Source: an uncultured bacterium
GTDB taxonomy: Bacteria > AUK180
Reading direction: 5' to 3'
Assembly: GCA_937863565.1 (NCBI GenBank)
Contig: CALMGJ010000012.1
Coordinates: 124,001 to 188,000 of the forward strand
Length of the DNA: 64,000 nt
Shown: positions 37,697-48,530 of the stretch, piece by piece
Layout of the letters: each line of letters opens with the position of its first letter
Numbering within the stretch: the stretch's first letter is position 1
The notes under the pieces: model-generated
What the model saw: the letters and a program-made list of their open reading frames with translations, nothing else
Database searches by the model: none
Told to the model about the DNA's origin: nothing
Made by a program: the position numbers and the translations under genes

Positions 37697-38762
37697 AAAG
37701 GTTTTAATTGCGTCGCTTTTAATAATTGTGATCATTGCTATCGCTCTGATAAGCGGCTGCGGGAAGAAGAGCAAAACACCGCCTTATGAAACTGTGGCGG
37801 CAACAAGAGGCGATATCAGGAACAGCATCAGTTCCTCGGGACGTGTTGAAGCAAAAGCTCTGGTCAGCATTAAATCCGAGATCGGCGGAACGATCCAGAC
37901 CATCACGGTAGATGAGGGAGATACGGTTAAAAAAGGCCAGATAATCGCGACGCTCCAGTCCACCGACGCGGAACTCGGATACCGCGAGGCGAGAGTGAAC
38001 TATGAATTGAAGAAGAACGATTACGAAAGGCAGAAAAATCTCTATGACAAGAATTTTATTTCCAAAAGCGAGATGGAGCAGGCATCCCTTGCAATGGAAA
38101 TGGCGGAGATCTCCTATTTGAAAGCGAAGGAGAGTCTTGAAGATACGAAGATCTATGCGCCTATGAGCGGGATCGTTGTTCAAAAACTGCTCGAAGCCGG
38201 GGATGTTATTGCGGGCGGAAAGAACGCGATCACTTCAGGCAACGATATAATGACGATAGCGGACCTTTCCAAAAAATACGTGCGCGTCAATCTCGACGAG
38301 ATCGATATCACAAATGTCAAGACCGATATGGATGTGAATATACTTGTTGATGCATTCCCCGAAGATGTTTTCAGAGGTAAGGTCGTCCGTGTGTGCCCTA
38401 TGGCATCTTTAAGCAATGAACTTGCATATTTTGACATTCTTGCTGAAGTATTCGATATGAAAGACAAGCTCAAGATCAACATGTCTGCGGATATCGAATT
38501 CATTATTGGAGAGAAAAAAGATATTGTTATGGTCCCGACTGAAGCTCTCAAGGGAAGGAACGGACATTTCATGGTGCTTGTCCTCGAACCCGGAAGAACA
38601 AAACCGACCCCGCGTGAAGTGAAAACAGGGATTGAAGCCAATGGAATGGTCGAGGTGATATCCGGCGTGAATGAAGGCGATAATGTGGTCACCAAGATAA
38701 ATATCACCTTGAAGAAAACGGCTTCGAAATCGATAATGCCCCGTCCCGGAAGAAGAAGATGA
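37686..38762 (+). CDS. Efflux periplasmic adaptor (MacA-like)
   Basis: IKSEIGGTI...VDEGDTVKKGQ, IYAPMSGIV, VEVISGVNEGD. Confidence 0.9.
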   Translation: MKNKKVLIASLLIIVIIAIALISGCGKKSKTPPYETVAATRGDIRNSISSSGRVEAKALVSIKSEIGGTIQTITVDEGDTVKKGQIIATLQSTDAELGYREARVNYELKKNDYERQKNLYDKNFISKSEMEQASLAMEMAEISYLKAKESLEDTKIYAPMSGIVVQKLLEAGDVIAGGKNAITSGNDIMTIADLSKKYVRVNLDEIDITNVKTDMDVNILVDAFPEDVFRGKVVRVCPMASLSNELAYFDILAEVFDMKDKLKINMSADIEFIIGEKKDIVMVPTEALKGRNGHFMVLVLEPGRTKPTPREVKTGIEANGMVEVISGVNEGDNVVTKINITLKKTASKSIMPRPGRRR

Positions 38763-39454
38763 ACGACAGGATCATAGCGCGCCTGTCCGGCGTTACAAAG
38801 ATCTACAAGATGGGAGAGTATGAGCTCCGCGCCCTTGACGGAGTAGATCTGGAGGTCCGGGAAGGCGAATTCATCGCCGTGATGGGACATTCAGGCAGCG
38901 GTAAATCCACATTGCTCAATGTGCTTGGAATGCTGGATTCCCCGACCGGAGGAAGTTATACTTTTGACGGAGCTAATATTGAGAAATACGATGATGATCA
39001 AAAGGCCGATCTCAGGCTGAAGACCCTCGGGTTCATTTTTCAGAATTTTAATCTTCTGCCGAGGATCTCGGCTCTTGAGAATGTGGAACTACCTTTAATA
39101 TACAGCGGGGTCTCTCCGAAGGAACGTATGAAGAGAGCTCTTGAAGCGCTTAAGGCTGTGGGAATGGAGTCGCGTTCAAACCACAAACCCAATGAACTCT
39201 CCGGGGGGCAGTGCCAGAGAGTGGCAATTGCGCGAGCACTGATCAATGAACCCAAGATCGTTTTTGCCGATGAGCCGACGGGTAATCTTGATACGGCTTC
39301 GAGTAAGGATATCATGAGCATTCTGAGCGGGATGAATAAATCCGGGAAAACAATAATAATGGTCACTCACGAGTCCGATATCGCGACTTATGCCGGAAGA
39401 AGGATATTCCTAAAGGACGGCAAGATCATCGGCGGAGGCGGAAATGAAACTTAA
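38759..39454 (+). CDS. ABC transporter ATP-binding protein (MacB/LolD-like)
   Basis: [37 protein letters not shown]. Confidence 0.95.
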   Translation: MNDRIIARLSGVTKIYKMGEYELRALDGVDLEVREGEFIAVMGHSGSGKSTLLNVLGMLDSPTGGSYTFDGANIEKYDDDQKADLRLKTLGFIFQNFNLLPRISALENVELPLIYSGVSPKERMKRALEALKAVGMESRSNHKPNELSGGQCQRVAIARALINEPKIVFADEPTGNLDTASSKDIMSILSGMNKSGKTIIMVTHESDIATYAGRRIFLKDGKIIGGGGNET

Positions 39455-40652
39455 AGAGCATCTCAAGATATCATTCAGGTCTTTAAGATCGAATCCCATG
39501 CGTTCCGTGCTGACGATGCTCGGCATCATAATCGGCGTTTCTTCCGTGATAGTCATGATCGCTTTAGGGAATGGCGCGAAGAAGCAGACGCAAGCGCAGA
39601 TCCAGACGATGGGGACAAATCTTATCACGGTCTTTGTCGGCGGATGGCATCATGCCGCTCCCGGCGCCAGTGCGCAAGAACCTCTTTCAGAGGATGATTA
39701 TGAATCCCTTAAAAAAGAGATGAAATATGCGGCTGAAATATCTCCGGAGATGTCTTCTAATCTTCAGGTCAAATACTCGAATGTGACTTTGAGTGCAAGT
39801 ATCAGAGGAGTGCTCCCGAGTTATGAAGCGGTGAAGAACCTAAAAGTGGCAAAGGGCAGGTTTATAACCGATTCAGACAATAAAAGTTCCAAAAAAGTAT
39901 GTGTTCTGGGAGGCACGGTCGCGAGCGAACTTTTTAAGTCGATCGAACCCGTAGGCAACAAGATACGCATCAAGAATCACAGATTCGAAGTCATAGGGGT
40001 TCTGGAGACAAAAGGCGAGGGCGGTTTCGGCGGTGATGACGATACCGTGGTGATACCGTTCAATACCGCAAAATTAAGACTGATCCAGAGGGCAAATCTT
40101 TCGAGGATCTCGATTATGGCTGATAAGGAAGAAAATACAGATGCAGCTATCGCGGAAGCCGAAACGATACTCCGGAAAAGAAGGAATATTACGGACCCCT
40201 CGAACGATAATTTCATGATTCGCAGCCAGAAAGAACTCCTTGATACGATGACGGGCGTTATGAACGTAATGACAACCCTTCTTGCGGGAATAGCCCTTGT
40301 CTCACTGATCGTCGGAGGTATAGGCATCATGAATATCATGCTCGTTACCGTTACGGAGAGGACCAGAGAGATCGGCATAAGAAAAGCCATAGGCGCCAAA
40401 AGCAGGGATATCCTGCTTCAGTTCATGATCGAATCGATGACATTGAGCCTTTTGGGCGGCTTGACCGGCATAGCGCTCGGACTCGGCATTTCATATATGG
40501 TTCCCGTCAGCACCGGTTATGCTACAGCGGTGACGGTAAATTCGATAGTGCTCGCCTTCACATTCTCCGCATCCATAGGGCTCTTTTTCGGGATCTATCC
40601 GTCGAGGAAGGCCTCGAAGCTCAATCCGATAGACGCGCTGAGATACGAATAA
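39444..40652 (+). CDS. ABC transporter permease (MacB-type)
   Basis: RSVLTMLGIIIG, GGIGIMNIMLVTVTERTREIGIRKAIGA, PIDALRYE. Confidence 0.95.
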   Translation: MKLKEHLKISFRSLRSNPMRSVLTMLGIIIGVSSVIVMIALGNGAKKQTQAQIQTMGTNLITVFVGGWHHAAPGASAQEPLSEDDYESLKKEMKYAAEISPEMSSNLQVKYSNVTLSASIRGVLPSYEAVKNLKVAKGRFITDSDNKSSKKVCVLGGTVASELFKSIEPVGNKIRIKNHRFEVIGVLETKGEGGFGGDDDTVVIPFNTAKLRLIQRANLSRISIMADKEENTDAAIAEAETILRKRRNITDPSNDNFMIRSQKELLDTMTGVMNVMTTLLAGIALVSLIVGGIGIMNIMLVTVTERTREIGIRKAIGAKSRDILLQFMIESMTLSLLGGLTGIALGLGISYMVPVSTGYATAVTVNSIVLAFTFSASIGLFFGIYPSRKASKLNPIDALRYE

Positions 40653-40659
40653 AAAAATA

Positions 40660-40750
40660 AAAATACAGATTAAACGGTTGAATTATTACGAGTTAACGTG
40701 TTAACGCGTTGGAATATGGGATGATGATCCTTTAAAACCCGTTAACCCGA
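40660..40750. repeat. GTTAAC 8-mer repeat element
   Basis: GAGTTAACGTGTTAACGCGTT ... AACCCGTTAACCCG, related to 19516-19570 and 29500-29590. Confidence 0.65.
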
Positions 40751-40880
40751 AGGCGGTCATCCGCCAACCCGCAATAAAATAACTCTTTTTGTTAAACACT
40801 GTTGCATTAAGCACAATGTATCATACACTGAAAGCAGCCGCGGCGTTTTAATATTCCGCCGGAAAATGTTATAATAAACC

Positions 40881-42065
40881 GTGAAAAGAGTTCTGTCCAA
40901 TTCAGTTATACTTCTGGTATCGAATATAACAGGAAAGATCATCTTCTTCCTTGCAACGCTGCTTATAATAAGAAATGCCGATTATACGGAATACGGAGAG
41001 TTCAATTATTTATTTTCGATCGCTGCGGCCCTTGCCGTATTCCTGGACCTCGGGATCGATAAGATATTCATAAGAGAGATTTCGCGGGATCTTCCGGAAA
41101 AGAACAACCTATTCCATTTGATAGTTTTTAAAATCGGCATCTACGCGCTTCTGGCTGCGATTATGTTTTTATGGGGGCCAAAGAAGCCCGTATTCTTCAT
41201 TCTCCTTTCCGCAGTTTTCTTGAAATCCGTTTACAATGCATGCGTATGCGTAATAGAAGCTCGTCAAAAAATGGCAAGGGAAGCGTTCCTGATACTCACA
41301 GGGAATATTGCGTTCCTTGTTCTTGTTCTTTTAAAACCCGGGAATATCGTCTCCGTATCATACGCGTACCTTGCTTCTGCGGCTTTGCAGGTAGCCGGGG
41401 GACTCATTCTTGCCGGCCCGGTCGCGATGCGTGCGGGTTCTTTTTCCAAGATCATCAAATACCTCAAAGCGGGGATCCCTATCGGGATCATAATCATTTG
41501 CGGCGGCATTGAGTTCAGGCTTGACAGTATAATCATAGGCTCTTCCATCGGCATGCAGGCGAGCGGGTATTACGGCTCCGTATATACGGTAATGGCCGCT
41601 CTCATGATGGTACCGAATGCTTTTACAGCAGCACTTTATCCTCATATATCATCGGGACGGGATGCCGGTAAGTTGGATGAAAATATAGCAAGATCCGTAA
41701 TCATACTGACAGTGGCCGCTATTGCCGTACTTATTCCCGGCTGGCTGGCAGCAGGCAGACTTCTCCCGATCCTTTTCGGAAAAACGGTGCCGGAACAGGT
41801 CCCGATCCTCCGCCTGCTTCTGCTTTCAGTTGTTCCGATCTTTTTTTCAGCAAGCTACATCTTTTACCTTTACAGCAGGAACCTTCAATCGAAAGCGCTT
41901 TTTATCGTTTCCTTGAAACTTGCCATGAATGCGGTCCTGAATATCATTCTTATTCCGAAATTCGGGATCACAGCCGCGGCATGGGTGATGCTCTTTACGG
42001 AATGTATAGGTGCATTCGCATTCAGACAGATCTATATAAAGAACAGGAAAATGAATGAAGGATAA
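40881..42065 (+). CDS. Oligosaccharide flippase (Wzx-like)
   Basis: EYGEF...DLGI...REISR, LDSIII...GYYGSVY, LNIILIPKFGITAAAW. Confidence 0.85.
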   Translation: MKRVLSNSVILLVSNITGKIIFFLATLLIIRNADYTEYGEFNYLFSIAAALAVFLDLGIDKIFIREISRDLPEKNNLFHLIVFKIGIYALLAAIMFLWGPKKPVFFILLSAVFLKSVYNACVCVIEARQKMAREAFLILTGNIAFLVLVLLKPGNIVSVSYAYLASAALQVAGGLILAGPVAMRAGSFSKIIKYLKAGIPIGIIIICGGIEFRLDSIIIGSSIGMQASGYYGSVYTVMAALMMVPNAFTAALYPHISSGRDAGKLDENIARSVIILTVAAIAVLIPGWLAAGRLLPILFGKTVPEQVPILRLLLLSVVPIFFSASYIFYLYSRNLQSKALFIVSLKLAMNAVLNIILIPKFGITAAAWVMLFTECIGAFAFRQIYIKNRKMNEG

Positions 42066-45000
42066 AAAGCATAATATCGCGGGGATGGATTACATTCTTG
42101 AGCGGTACGCTGCCGGCCATAATGAAGGCGAAATGGAGTCAGTATGCCTTTTTACGGACATTTCAGGGTTCACTGAACTTACAGCAGAGTTGATGAGGTC
42201 CGGCCCGGCCGGAGCAGAGAAATTATCGCAATTCATAAACGGCGTTTTCTCTCTGCTTGTTGAATCGGTTTATTCATACGGCGGGTTCATTCCCGTTTTT
42301 GCAGGAGACGCCTTTTATGCCATTTTCCCGGGTGACAAGAAACTGCACGCTGTTGCCGCAGCGCTTTATATAAGGGAAACGATCAAGATGATCACATCCT
42401 TCCATCCTGAATTATCCTCCCATGTATTCGCTGTGCGCACCGGTCTCTCTTCAGGTTTGGTCAGATGGAAGATCAGAGGTATTCCGGGGAAGAAGTTCTA
42501 TTATTTTGATGGCCCGGCCATAAAAAGCGCTGCCTTTAATCAGGGAATGTGCGAAAAGGGCCAGATAATGGCGGACAGGATCTTCGCGTCGGCAACATCC
42601 GGCGCTCCGGTCACATGGGCGGACCACTTGGCGCGGAAAATACTAGTAAACGCACAACTTCCGTTCGAACCGGTACCGGTGGCAACCCGGTCTCTTCCGG
42701 CAACTGCGCAAGACTTTTATCTTTATAATAGAACATCGGGGATATTGGTTCCCGGTGAATTCAGAAAGATCGTATCCGTTTTCGTGAATTTTGAAAAAGA
42801 AGAGGATCACGAAGATACGATAGACAGAATACTCTCATTGAGCGAAGAGTATGATGCGTTCTTCAATATGGTGGATTTCGGGGATAAGGGTCCGCTGGCC
42901 TATATTATACTGGGTGCCCCCAAATGCTATGAAGACGATGAGCGCCGCGCCGTTATGTTCGCAAAAGACCTTGTGCGGGATAGAAAAGGAATCAGGGCGG
43001 GGATCAGCTCCGGCATTGCATATTTCGGTATTGTGGGATCATTGACCGCATCGGTATATACGGCTTTAGGAAAAGAAGTGAACCTGGCGGCCCGGCTGAT
43101 GCAAAAAGCAGAACAGGGGAGCGTTCTTGTTTCGGCTTCGGTGAGAGATGCCGCCGGCAAGCACTTCAAGATGGAGGCCAATCCTCCGATGCCGTTGAAG
43201 GGAATAGGAGAAAAAGTAAGAACATACACTGCCCGAGAAGAGATAAAAGAGATCTGGGAAGGCCGTGGGAAGAAATACCTGTATGGCCGTGAGAAGGAAA
43301 TGCAATCCGTAAAATCAGCCATGCTGAAAGTATACGGAGGCAGCTTCGGAGGCATTGTGGTCATTTACGGCGAACCGGGAATGGGTAAAACGAGTTTTCT
43401 GAAACAGTTAGAAGAGCTGTTGGAACCGGGAACGAAGACCGTTTATATGAAAACGGACAGCATTCTGAGGAAAAGCCTTTTCCCGTTCATGGAATTCTTC
43501 GGCTCATATTTCGGCAGCGACAAAGGCACTGCCGACAGGGCTTCTTTCGAATCTGCGTGGAGCACACTTACGGAGGCCTCCCGAAAAATCGAGTCTCTTT
43601 CAGATGAACTCGCACTGAGAAAACCGTATATCAAACATTTTCTCGGATTGGATGATGGTTCTGCTCTTACCGAGATGGATCATAAACAGGTCACTGAGAA
43701 CATTTTCTGGGGGATGAAGGCGGTATTCAAGGCAATGAGCCTCACGGCCCCGCTTGTGATCATTCTCGAGGATATTCAATGGCTTGACAGAGAATCCTCC
43801 GCTTTTTTAAAAAAATTCCTCATTAATCTGGATGAGCATCCCGTGCTTCTCATCGCAACTTCAAGATACAATGATGACGGGAGCGCTCCCGTCCTAAGTT
43901 TCCCGAAAGATATCCCCTCCCGGGTCATTGAACTGCGAAGTTTGGCTCGCGAGGATCTGGAGAGGATCATCGCAGACAATCTTGGGAACTCACCTTCCGG
44001 TGAACTGCTGGAGGCAATATCCGAACGCTCTTTCGGGAATCCGTTCTTTACAGAACAGATCACCCTCTATCTCAGGGAAAATGCGCTGATAAAAGTGCGC
44101 GCCGGGATCGCATTCTTATCCGGAGATATGAACGCGCTTCCTGGGAACATCAATACGATCCTTACTTCCAGAGTGGACAGGCTTTCCGGAGAGCTTAAAC
44201 AGATCATGCGCAGCGCAAGCGTTCTGGGGAACGAATTCAATATTGTTATACTTTCAAGGATGCTGAGAGGGGAGGACTTAACAGAACCGTTGAATGACGG
44301 GGCAAAGGAACAGGTCTGGGAAAAAGTGTCGAATATCAAATATATATTCAGCCATGCTCTTCTCCGTGAAACTGTTTACGGAATGCAGCTTCACGAAAGC
44401 CTGAAGAAACTTCACATCATCGCCGCCGAAGCCTTCGAAGAGCTGTATCCGGAAGAAGCGCTCTTTGATATTGCCTTCCATTATGACAAAGCCGCCTCAA
44501 GCGTTAAAGCTAGGGAGTATATTGAGAAAGCCTTTAAACGCTCCGAAAGAACCGAGAAGAACGATGAAGCGCTTTATTGCGCCGAAGCAGCGTTGAAATA
44601 TGCGTCCGATGAAAAAGATATTCTCATTTGGGAGGAAAGAGTGGCCATATATAAAACCGTATTCGGCCAATGGAATGAGGCTCAGGCGATACGGGAGAAG
44701 ATCCTGGGAAAACTCCCCCCGGCGTTGACAGAATTCAAAATGAGCGTGATAAAATCCCTGATCGATATCTATTCGAGCAGGGGAGACACGGCTAAGGCCG
44801 ACGACCTCATTGCCCGTACGTTCAGAGATATCGAAACTCAAGACGTTCCAAGATATTTCTATTATGCCGCGGTGCAGGAGAATGTCAGCAATGAATACTT
44901 CAAAGGCAATTATGACAAAGTGCTTGCATTAAGCGATAAGATACTGGAAGAACTGGGTTCTGTCAAGAACGAGTATTACGGGGCTTTCATGTACAATAAA

Positions 45001-45984
45001 GCCATGGCCTATATGAATACCGGCAGATTCGCAAAATCGCTTGAATGCTTTAAGGAAGCTTTAGAGGCAGTGGGAAGTCCGGGAAATCGGATTCGAACGA
45101 ACTGCAATATCGGGCTGATATATTATTCGATGGGGGAGCACGAAAAAGCCGAGCAGGTACTCCTGGAAACTTTAGCATCGGCGGATAAATTGGGAATGAA
45201 ACCGATCGCCGGCCATTTGAGCGGAAGCCTATCCTTCATGTACTCGCAGATAGGGGATCCCGCTGCTGCACAGCGGTATGCGGTGCGTTCAGCCGAGATA
45301 TCGTTGGAGATAGGCGACAAAAGAGGTTTGTGCAGAGCCTACTGCGGATTGGGAGGTCTTCTTGTAAACAAGAGAAGATACAGGGAAGCCCTGGAATATT
45401 TTGTCAAGATACGGAAATTAAATGAAGAAATAGGTTCGCTCGAATATGATATCGTAGCGGACCTCGGCATGGGTGAATGCTACAGGGGAATGAAAAAATT
45501 CCACAAAGGCCTGTCCGCTTTTAAAGATGCCCGGTCCAATGCGCACAAATGCAATGACTCCATGAACGAATATCAGGCTTGCAACGGTTTATTCAGGATC
45601 TATTACTCTCAGACGGAGTACCGGAAGGCACTTAACATATCCCGGGAAGCGGCAGCGATCGCCCGCCGGATGAACGATACAGCCCATCTTGCAGATCAGC
45701 TGGTAAATGCGGGAGAAGTATTTTTTATGATGAGAGATTATATCCGCGCCTTAAGAAGTTTCAAGGCGTATTTCAAGCTCAGCAGTGAAAATAACTTCGA
45801 TGTTTTCCGGAATGCGTATTTTCTTATGACGAAAACCCTGATCAAGAATAAGCTCATAAAAGAAAAAAGGGACAGAGCCGTTCTTGCCGGATACCTTGTT
45901 AAAGCACTTGAAGAGGCGAAGATATATAAAGACGAAAAACAAATATCCCGTCTGGAGAAGCTGAGGATCAGATTCGGCCTTTGA
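42055..45984 (+). CDS. Tandem class III nucleotide cyclase / STAND ATPase / TPR protein (soluble-AC-like architecture)
   Basis: FTDISGFT, FAGDA; second domain GDKG...YTALGKEVNLAARLM; GEPGMGKT, ILEDIQWLD, GNPFF; C-terminal TPRs. Confidence 0.9.
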   Translation: MKDKKHNIAGMDYILERYAAGHNEGEMESVCLFTDISGFTELTAELMRSGPAGAEKLSQFINGVFSLLVESVYSYGGFIPVFAGDAFYAIFPGDKKLHAVAAALYIRETIKMITSFHPELSSHVFAVRTGLSSGLVRWKIRGIPGKKFYYFDGPAIKSAAFNQGMCEKGQIMADRIFASATSGAPVTWADHLARKILVNAQLPFEPVPVATRSLPATAQDFYLYNRTSGILVPGEFRKIVSVFVNFEKEEDHEDTIDRILSLSEEYDAFFNMVDFGDKGPLAYIILGAPKCYEDDERRAVMFAKDLVRDRKGIRAGISSGIAYFGIVGSLTASVYTALGKEVNLAARLMQKAEQGSVLVSASVRDAAGKHFKMEANPPMPLKGIGEKVRTYTAREEIKEIWEGRGKKYLYGREKEMQSVKSAMLKVYGGSFGGIVVIYGEPGMGKTSFLKQLEELLEPGTKTVYMKTDSILRKSLFPFMEFFGSYFGSDKGTADRASFESAWSTLTEASRKIESLSDELALRKPYIKHFLGLDDGSALTEMDHKQVTENIFWGMKAVFKAMSLTAPLVIILEDIQWLDRESSAFLKKFLINLDEHPVLLIATSRYNDDGSAPVLSFPKDIPSRVIELRSLAREDLERIIADNLGNSPSGELLEAISERSFGNPFFTEQITLYLRENALIKVRAGIAFLSGDMNALPGNINTILTSRVDRLSGELKQIMRSASVLGNEFNIVILSRMLRGEDLTEPLNDGAKEQVWEKVSNIKYIFSHALLRETVYGMQLHESLKKLHIIAAEAFEELYPEEALFDIAFHYDKAASSVKAREYIEKAFKRSERTEKNDEALYCAEAALKYASDEKDILIWEERVAIYKTVFGQWNEAQAIREKILGKLPPALTEFKMSVIKSLIDIYSSRGDTAKADDLIARTFRDIETQDVPRYFYYAAVQENVSNEYFKGNYDKVLALSDKILEELGSVKNEYYGAFMYNKAMAYMNTGRFAKSLECFKEALEAVGSPGNRIRTNCNIGLIYYSMGEHEKAEQVLLETLASADKLGMKPIAGHLSGSLSFMYSQIGDPAAAQRYAVRSAEISLEIGDKRGLCRAYCGLGGLLVNKRRYREALEYFVKIRKLNEEIGSLEYDIVADLGMGECYRGMKKFHKGLSAFKDARSNAHKCNDSMNEYQACNGLFRIYYSQTEYRKALNISREAAAIARRMNDTAHLADQLVNAGEVFFMMRDYIRALRSFKAYFKLSSENNFDVFRNAYFLMTKTLIKNKLIKEKRDRAVLAGYLVKALEEAKIYKDEKQISRLEKLRIRFGL

Positions 45985-46117
45985 TGCCTTCAAAATCCCA
46001 AATGCACCGCTGTACTCCATAAATATCCTTTTTATGGGAAAAAACTTCTATTCTAACATCGGGCAGGCAAAGTCCTCAAAACATTTAATTTTTTGTGAAT
46101 TTATGCTAAAATAACGT

Positions 46118-47212
46118 ATGAGCAGATATTTTCTCAAAAAACTTCAAAACGGGCTGAAAGATCTCATTCCTCAGGCATTTTTGCCGGCCGGGTATGCCCT
46201 TTTCCCCTCGAGAATAGATATCGAACTCACGCATAATTGTAATCTCCGTTGCGTGATGTGCTCTTTTGTGGAAGGTTCGCAGATCAACAAGGCATTCTCG
46301 AACGAAAAAAGAAGCAAGCATGAATACCAGGCGGACCTCCCTTCCCTCGAAGAATGGGACAAATTCTTCTCGGGCATAAGAAGAAGATCTCCGGTTATCA
46401 ATATAAGCGGCGGTGAACCCATGCTCCATCCGGGTTTCCGGGACATTGCGGCAATGCTTAAAAAGTACGGTTTCACTGTAACGATGACCACGAATGCGAC
46501 ACTGATCGATGAAGATATGGCGGATTTCGTATCAGCGCATTTTGACGCTATCGTGATCTCCGTTGACGGGAATAGGGAAGTGCATGACAGGATAAGAAAT
46601 TCTCCGGGAGCATTTGAAAAAACCTATAAGGCTATCGGGCTTCTGAACGAACTGAAAAAGAAGAGAAAGGTCCGCACTCCGCGGATCACGATAAATTCAA
46701 CGATATCCTGGGAGAACTGCGCCGATCTCTCTTTTGCGGGTGAACTTTACGGCCGTTTTGCTCCGTATAAATGGAATATTTCACACCTGTTCCTCGGGAA
46801 CGGCGATACTGCGGACAGGATAGAGGACCTGTACGGGCAAAGAAATGATCTTGAGGCGTTGCAGGAGATCTATTCGAGAATAGACCCGGACCTTATCTAC
46901 GAAGAGGTGTTAAAACTCAAAAAAAGCCCTGCCGGGAAACACTTGAGCTTTCTTCCCTCTATGACAAAAAAGGAGATGCGTAAATTCTATAAAGAACCGC
47001 GAATTGCCTTGAGAAAGAAGTGCCGGTATCCGTTCCGTTCCTGCGTTATTCAGGGCGACGGCAGCGTGATAACATGCATGTATTTCAAAATGGGCAGCAT
47101 ACGGGACGACTTTCACTTAATATGGGATTCGCATATTTACAGGGATTTCCGGCAAGCCCTGAGTAGAGAACTCTTTTCCAAATGCTCGAGGTGCTGCGGA
47201 TTATATGAATAA
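46118..47212 (+). CDS. Radical SAM / SPASM protein
   Basis: CNLRCVMC, SGGEP, TTNAT, ISVDG, CRYPF...GSVITC...CSRCC. Confidence 0.85.
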   Translation: MSRYFLKKLQNGLKDLIPQAFLPAGYALFPSRIDIELTHNCNLRCVMCSFVEGSQINKAFSNEKRSKHEYQADLPSLEEWDKFFSGIRRRSPVINISGGEPMLHPGFRDIAAMLKKYGFTVTMTTNATLIDEDMADFVSAHFDAIVISVDGNREVHDRIRNSPGAFEKTYKAIGLLNELKKKRKVRTPRITINSTISWENCADLSFAGELYGRFAPYKWNISHLFLGNGDTADRIEDLYGQRNDLEALQEIYSRIDPDLIYEEVLKLKKSPAGKHLSFLPSMTKKEMRKFYKEPRIALRKKCRYPFRSCVIQGDGSVITCMYFKMGSIRDDFHLIWDSHIYRDFRQALSRELFSKCSRCCGLYE

Positions 47213-48530
47213 AAAAACCTTAACGGTCTTATCGGATCTGATCGCCGCCGAGGTCATCGCGTTTTTCGCCTATAATATCAAATTCGGTTTTGCCGTTCCG
47301 GAATCTCACGGTACTGCATTCATTGCAATGCTGTCCGTTCCCGCTCTTTTCATTATATTCAATCTGTTCCTGGGCGTATACGCAGAAGGATATATTGATC
47401 TCGACATCATGGGCAACCTGTTCATATCGAGCGCTCTCTCGCATGCGGTGCTTCTTGTCATTCTTGTGATCGTCAGGATATATGTTAAGACCATTGAATA
47501 CTCTACGGTCATTCTGCTCCTTTCCGCGCTTTTTATCCCTATTTTGTGTTCGCTCGTGCATCTGCTATTATCGAATATCTTCTATATTCCGCGGGAAAAA
47601 CCCAGGATCTTGATCTGCGGCGCCGAAAAAGATGATGCGGAATTCTTCGAGAAGAACATGCGGTTCATCAAAAAGGAATATTCCGTTTCCGGCGTTATCG
47701 GTAGCAGGATCGGGGACATCCCGCCGATTGAAAGAGAGGGGGATATATTCTCCGTGATCGAACAGTACGGCATCACTAAGATATTATTCGGCAGCGGGGT
47801 CACTTCCGCGGAAATAGAACGCTTCGTTTATTCTTCGTCTATATTCTCTCTCTCTCTTCTTTTCATTCCCGGCGCTTATGAGAAGATATCAGAATGGGGA
47901 AAGGTCAAACCGCTTTCCTCCGTCCCGCTTTTCGAACTGGACACAAAACCGGTCAAGAGCTTCGACCTTCTGCTACAGAGGATCTTTGACATTGTGATAT
48001 CACTGACCGCTCTGATCGTTTTCCTTCCCTTCGGACTGCTCTTCTCTTTTCTCATCGCCGTGGATTCTCCGGGGCCCGTGTTCTTCAGGCAGGTCAGGAC
48101 CGGCAGATACGGGAAAAAATACAATATCATTAAGTTCAGGACTATGTTCAAGGATGCCGAGTCGGCGACCGGCCCCCAGTGGGCGGAGGAGAACGACAGG
48201 AGAGTGACAAAAGTGGGGCGGTTCTTAAGAAGGTCCGGCATTGATGAGATACCTCAGTTCCTTAATGTTCTCATCGGGCAGATGTCGGTCGTGGGGCCGC
48301 GACCGGAAAGGCCGTATTTCATCGAGAAGCACACTGTATTGAAAGGCATAAGAATGCTCGTCCTTCCCGGAATAACGGGCCTTGCGCAGGTTTCAGGCAG
48401 TTATGACCTTAAACCGGAAGAAAAATTCAAATACGATCTCTACTTCATAAACCATTTTTCCATGATCCTGTATTTTTTGATAATAATAAAAACCGTTTTT
48501 ATAATGCTAACGGGGAAGGGTAAAAGATGA
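47205..48530 (+). CDS. Polyprenyl-phosphate glycosylphosphotransferase (WcaJ/WbaP-like)
   Basis: RIFDI, KFRTM, RVTKVGRFLRRSGIDEIPQ, MSVVGPRPERP, PGITGLAQV. Confidence 0.9.
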   Translation: MNKKTLTVLSDLIAAEVIAFFAYNIKFGFAVPESHGTAFIAMLSVPALFIIFNLFLGVYAEGYIDLDIMGNLFISSALSHAVLLVILVIVRIYVKTIEYSTVILLLSALFIPILCSLVHLLLSNIFYIPREKPRILICGAEKDDAEFFEKNMRFIKKEYSVSGVIGSRIGDIPPIEREGDIFSVIEQYGITKILFGSGVTSAEIERFVYSSSIFSLSLLFIPGAYEKISEWGKVKPLSSVPLFELDTKPVKSFDLLLQRIFDIVISLTALIVFLPFGLLFSFLIAVDSPGPVFFRQVRTGRYGKKYNIIKFRTMFKDAESATGPQWAEENDRRVTKVGRFLRRSGIDEIPQFLNVLIGQMSVVGPRPERPYFIEKHTVLKGIRMLVLPGITGLAQVSGSYDLKPEEKFKYDLYFINHFSMILYFLIIIKTVFIMLTGKGKR

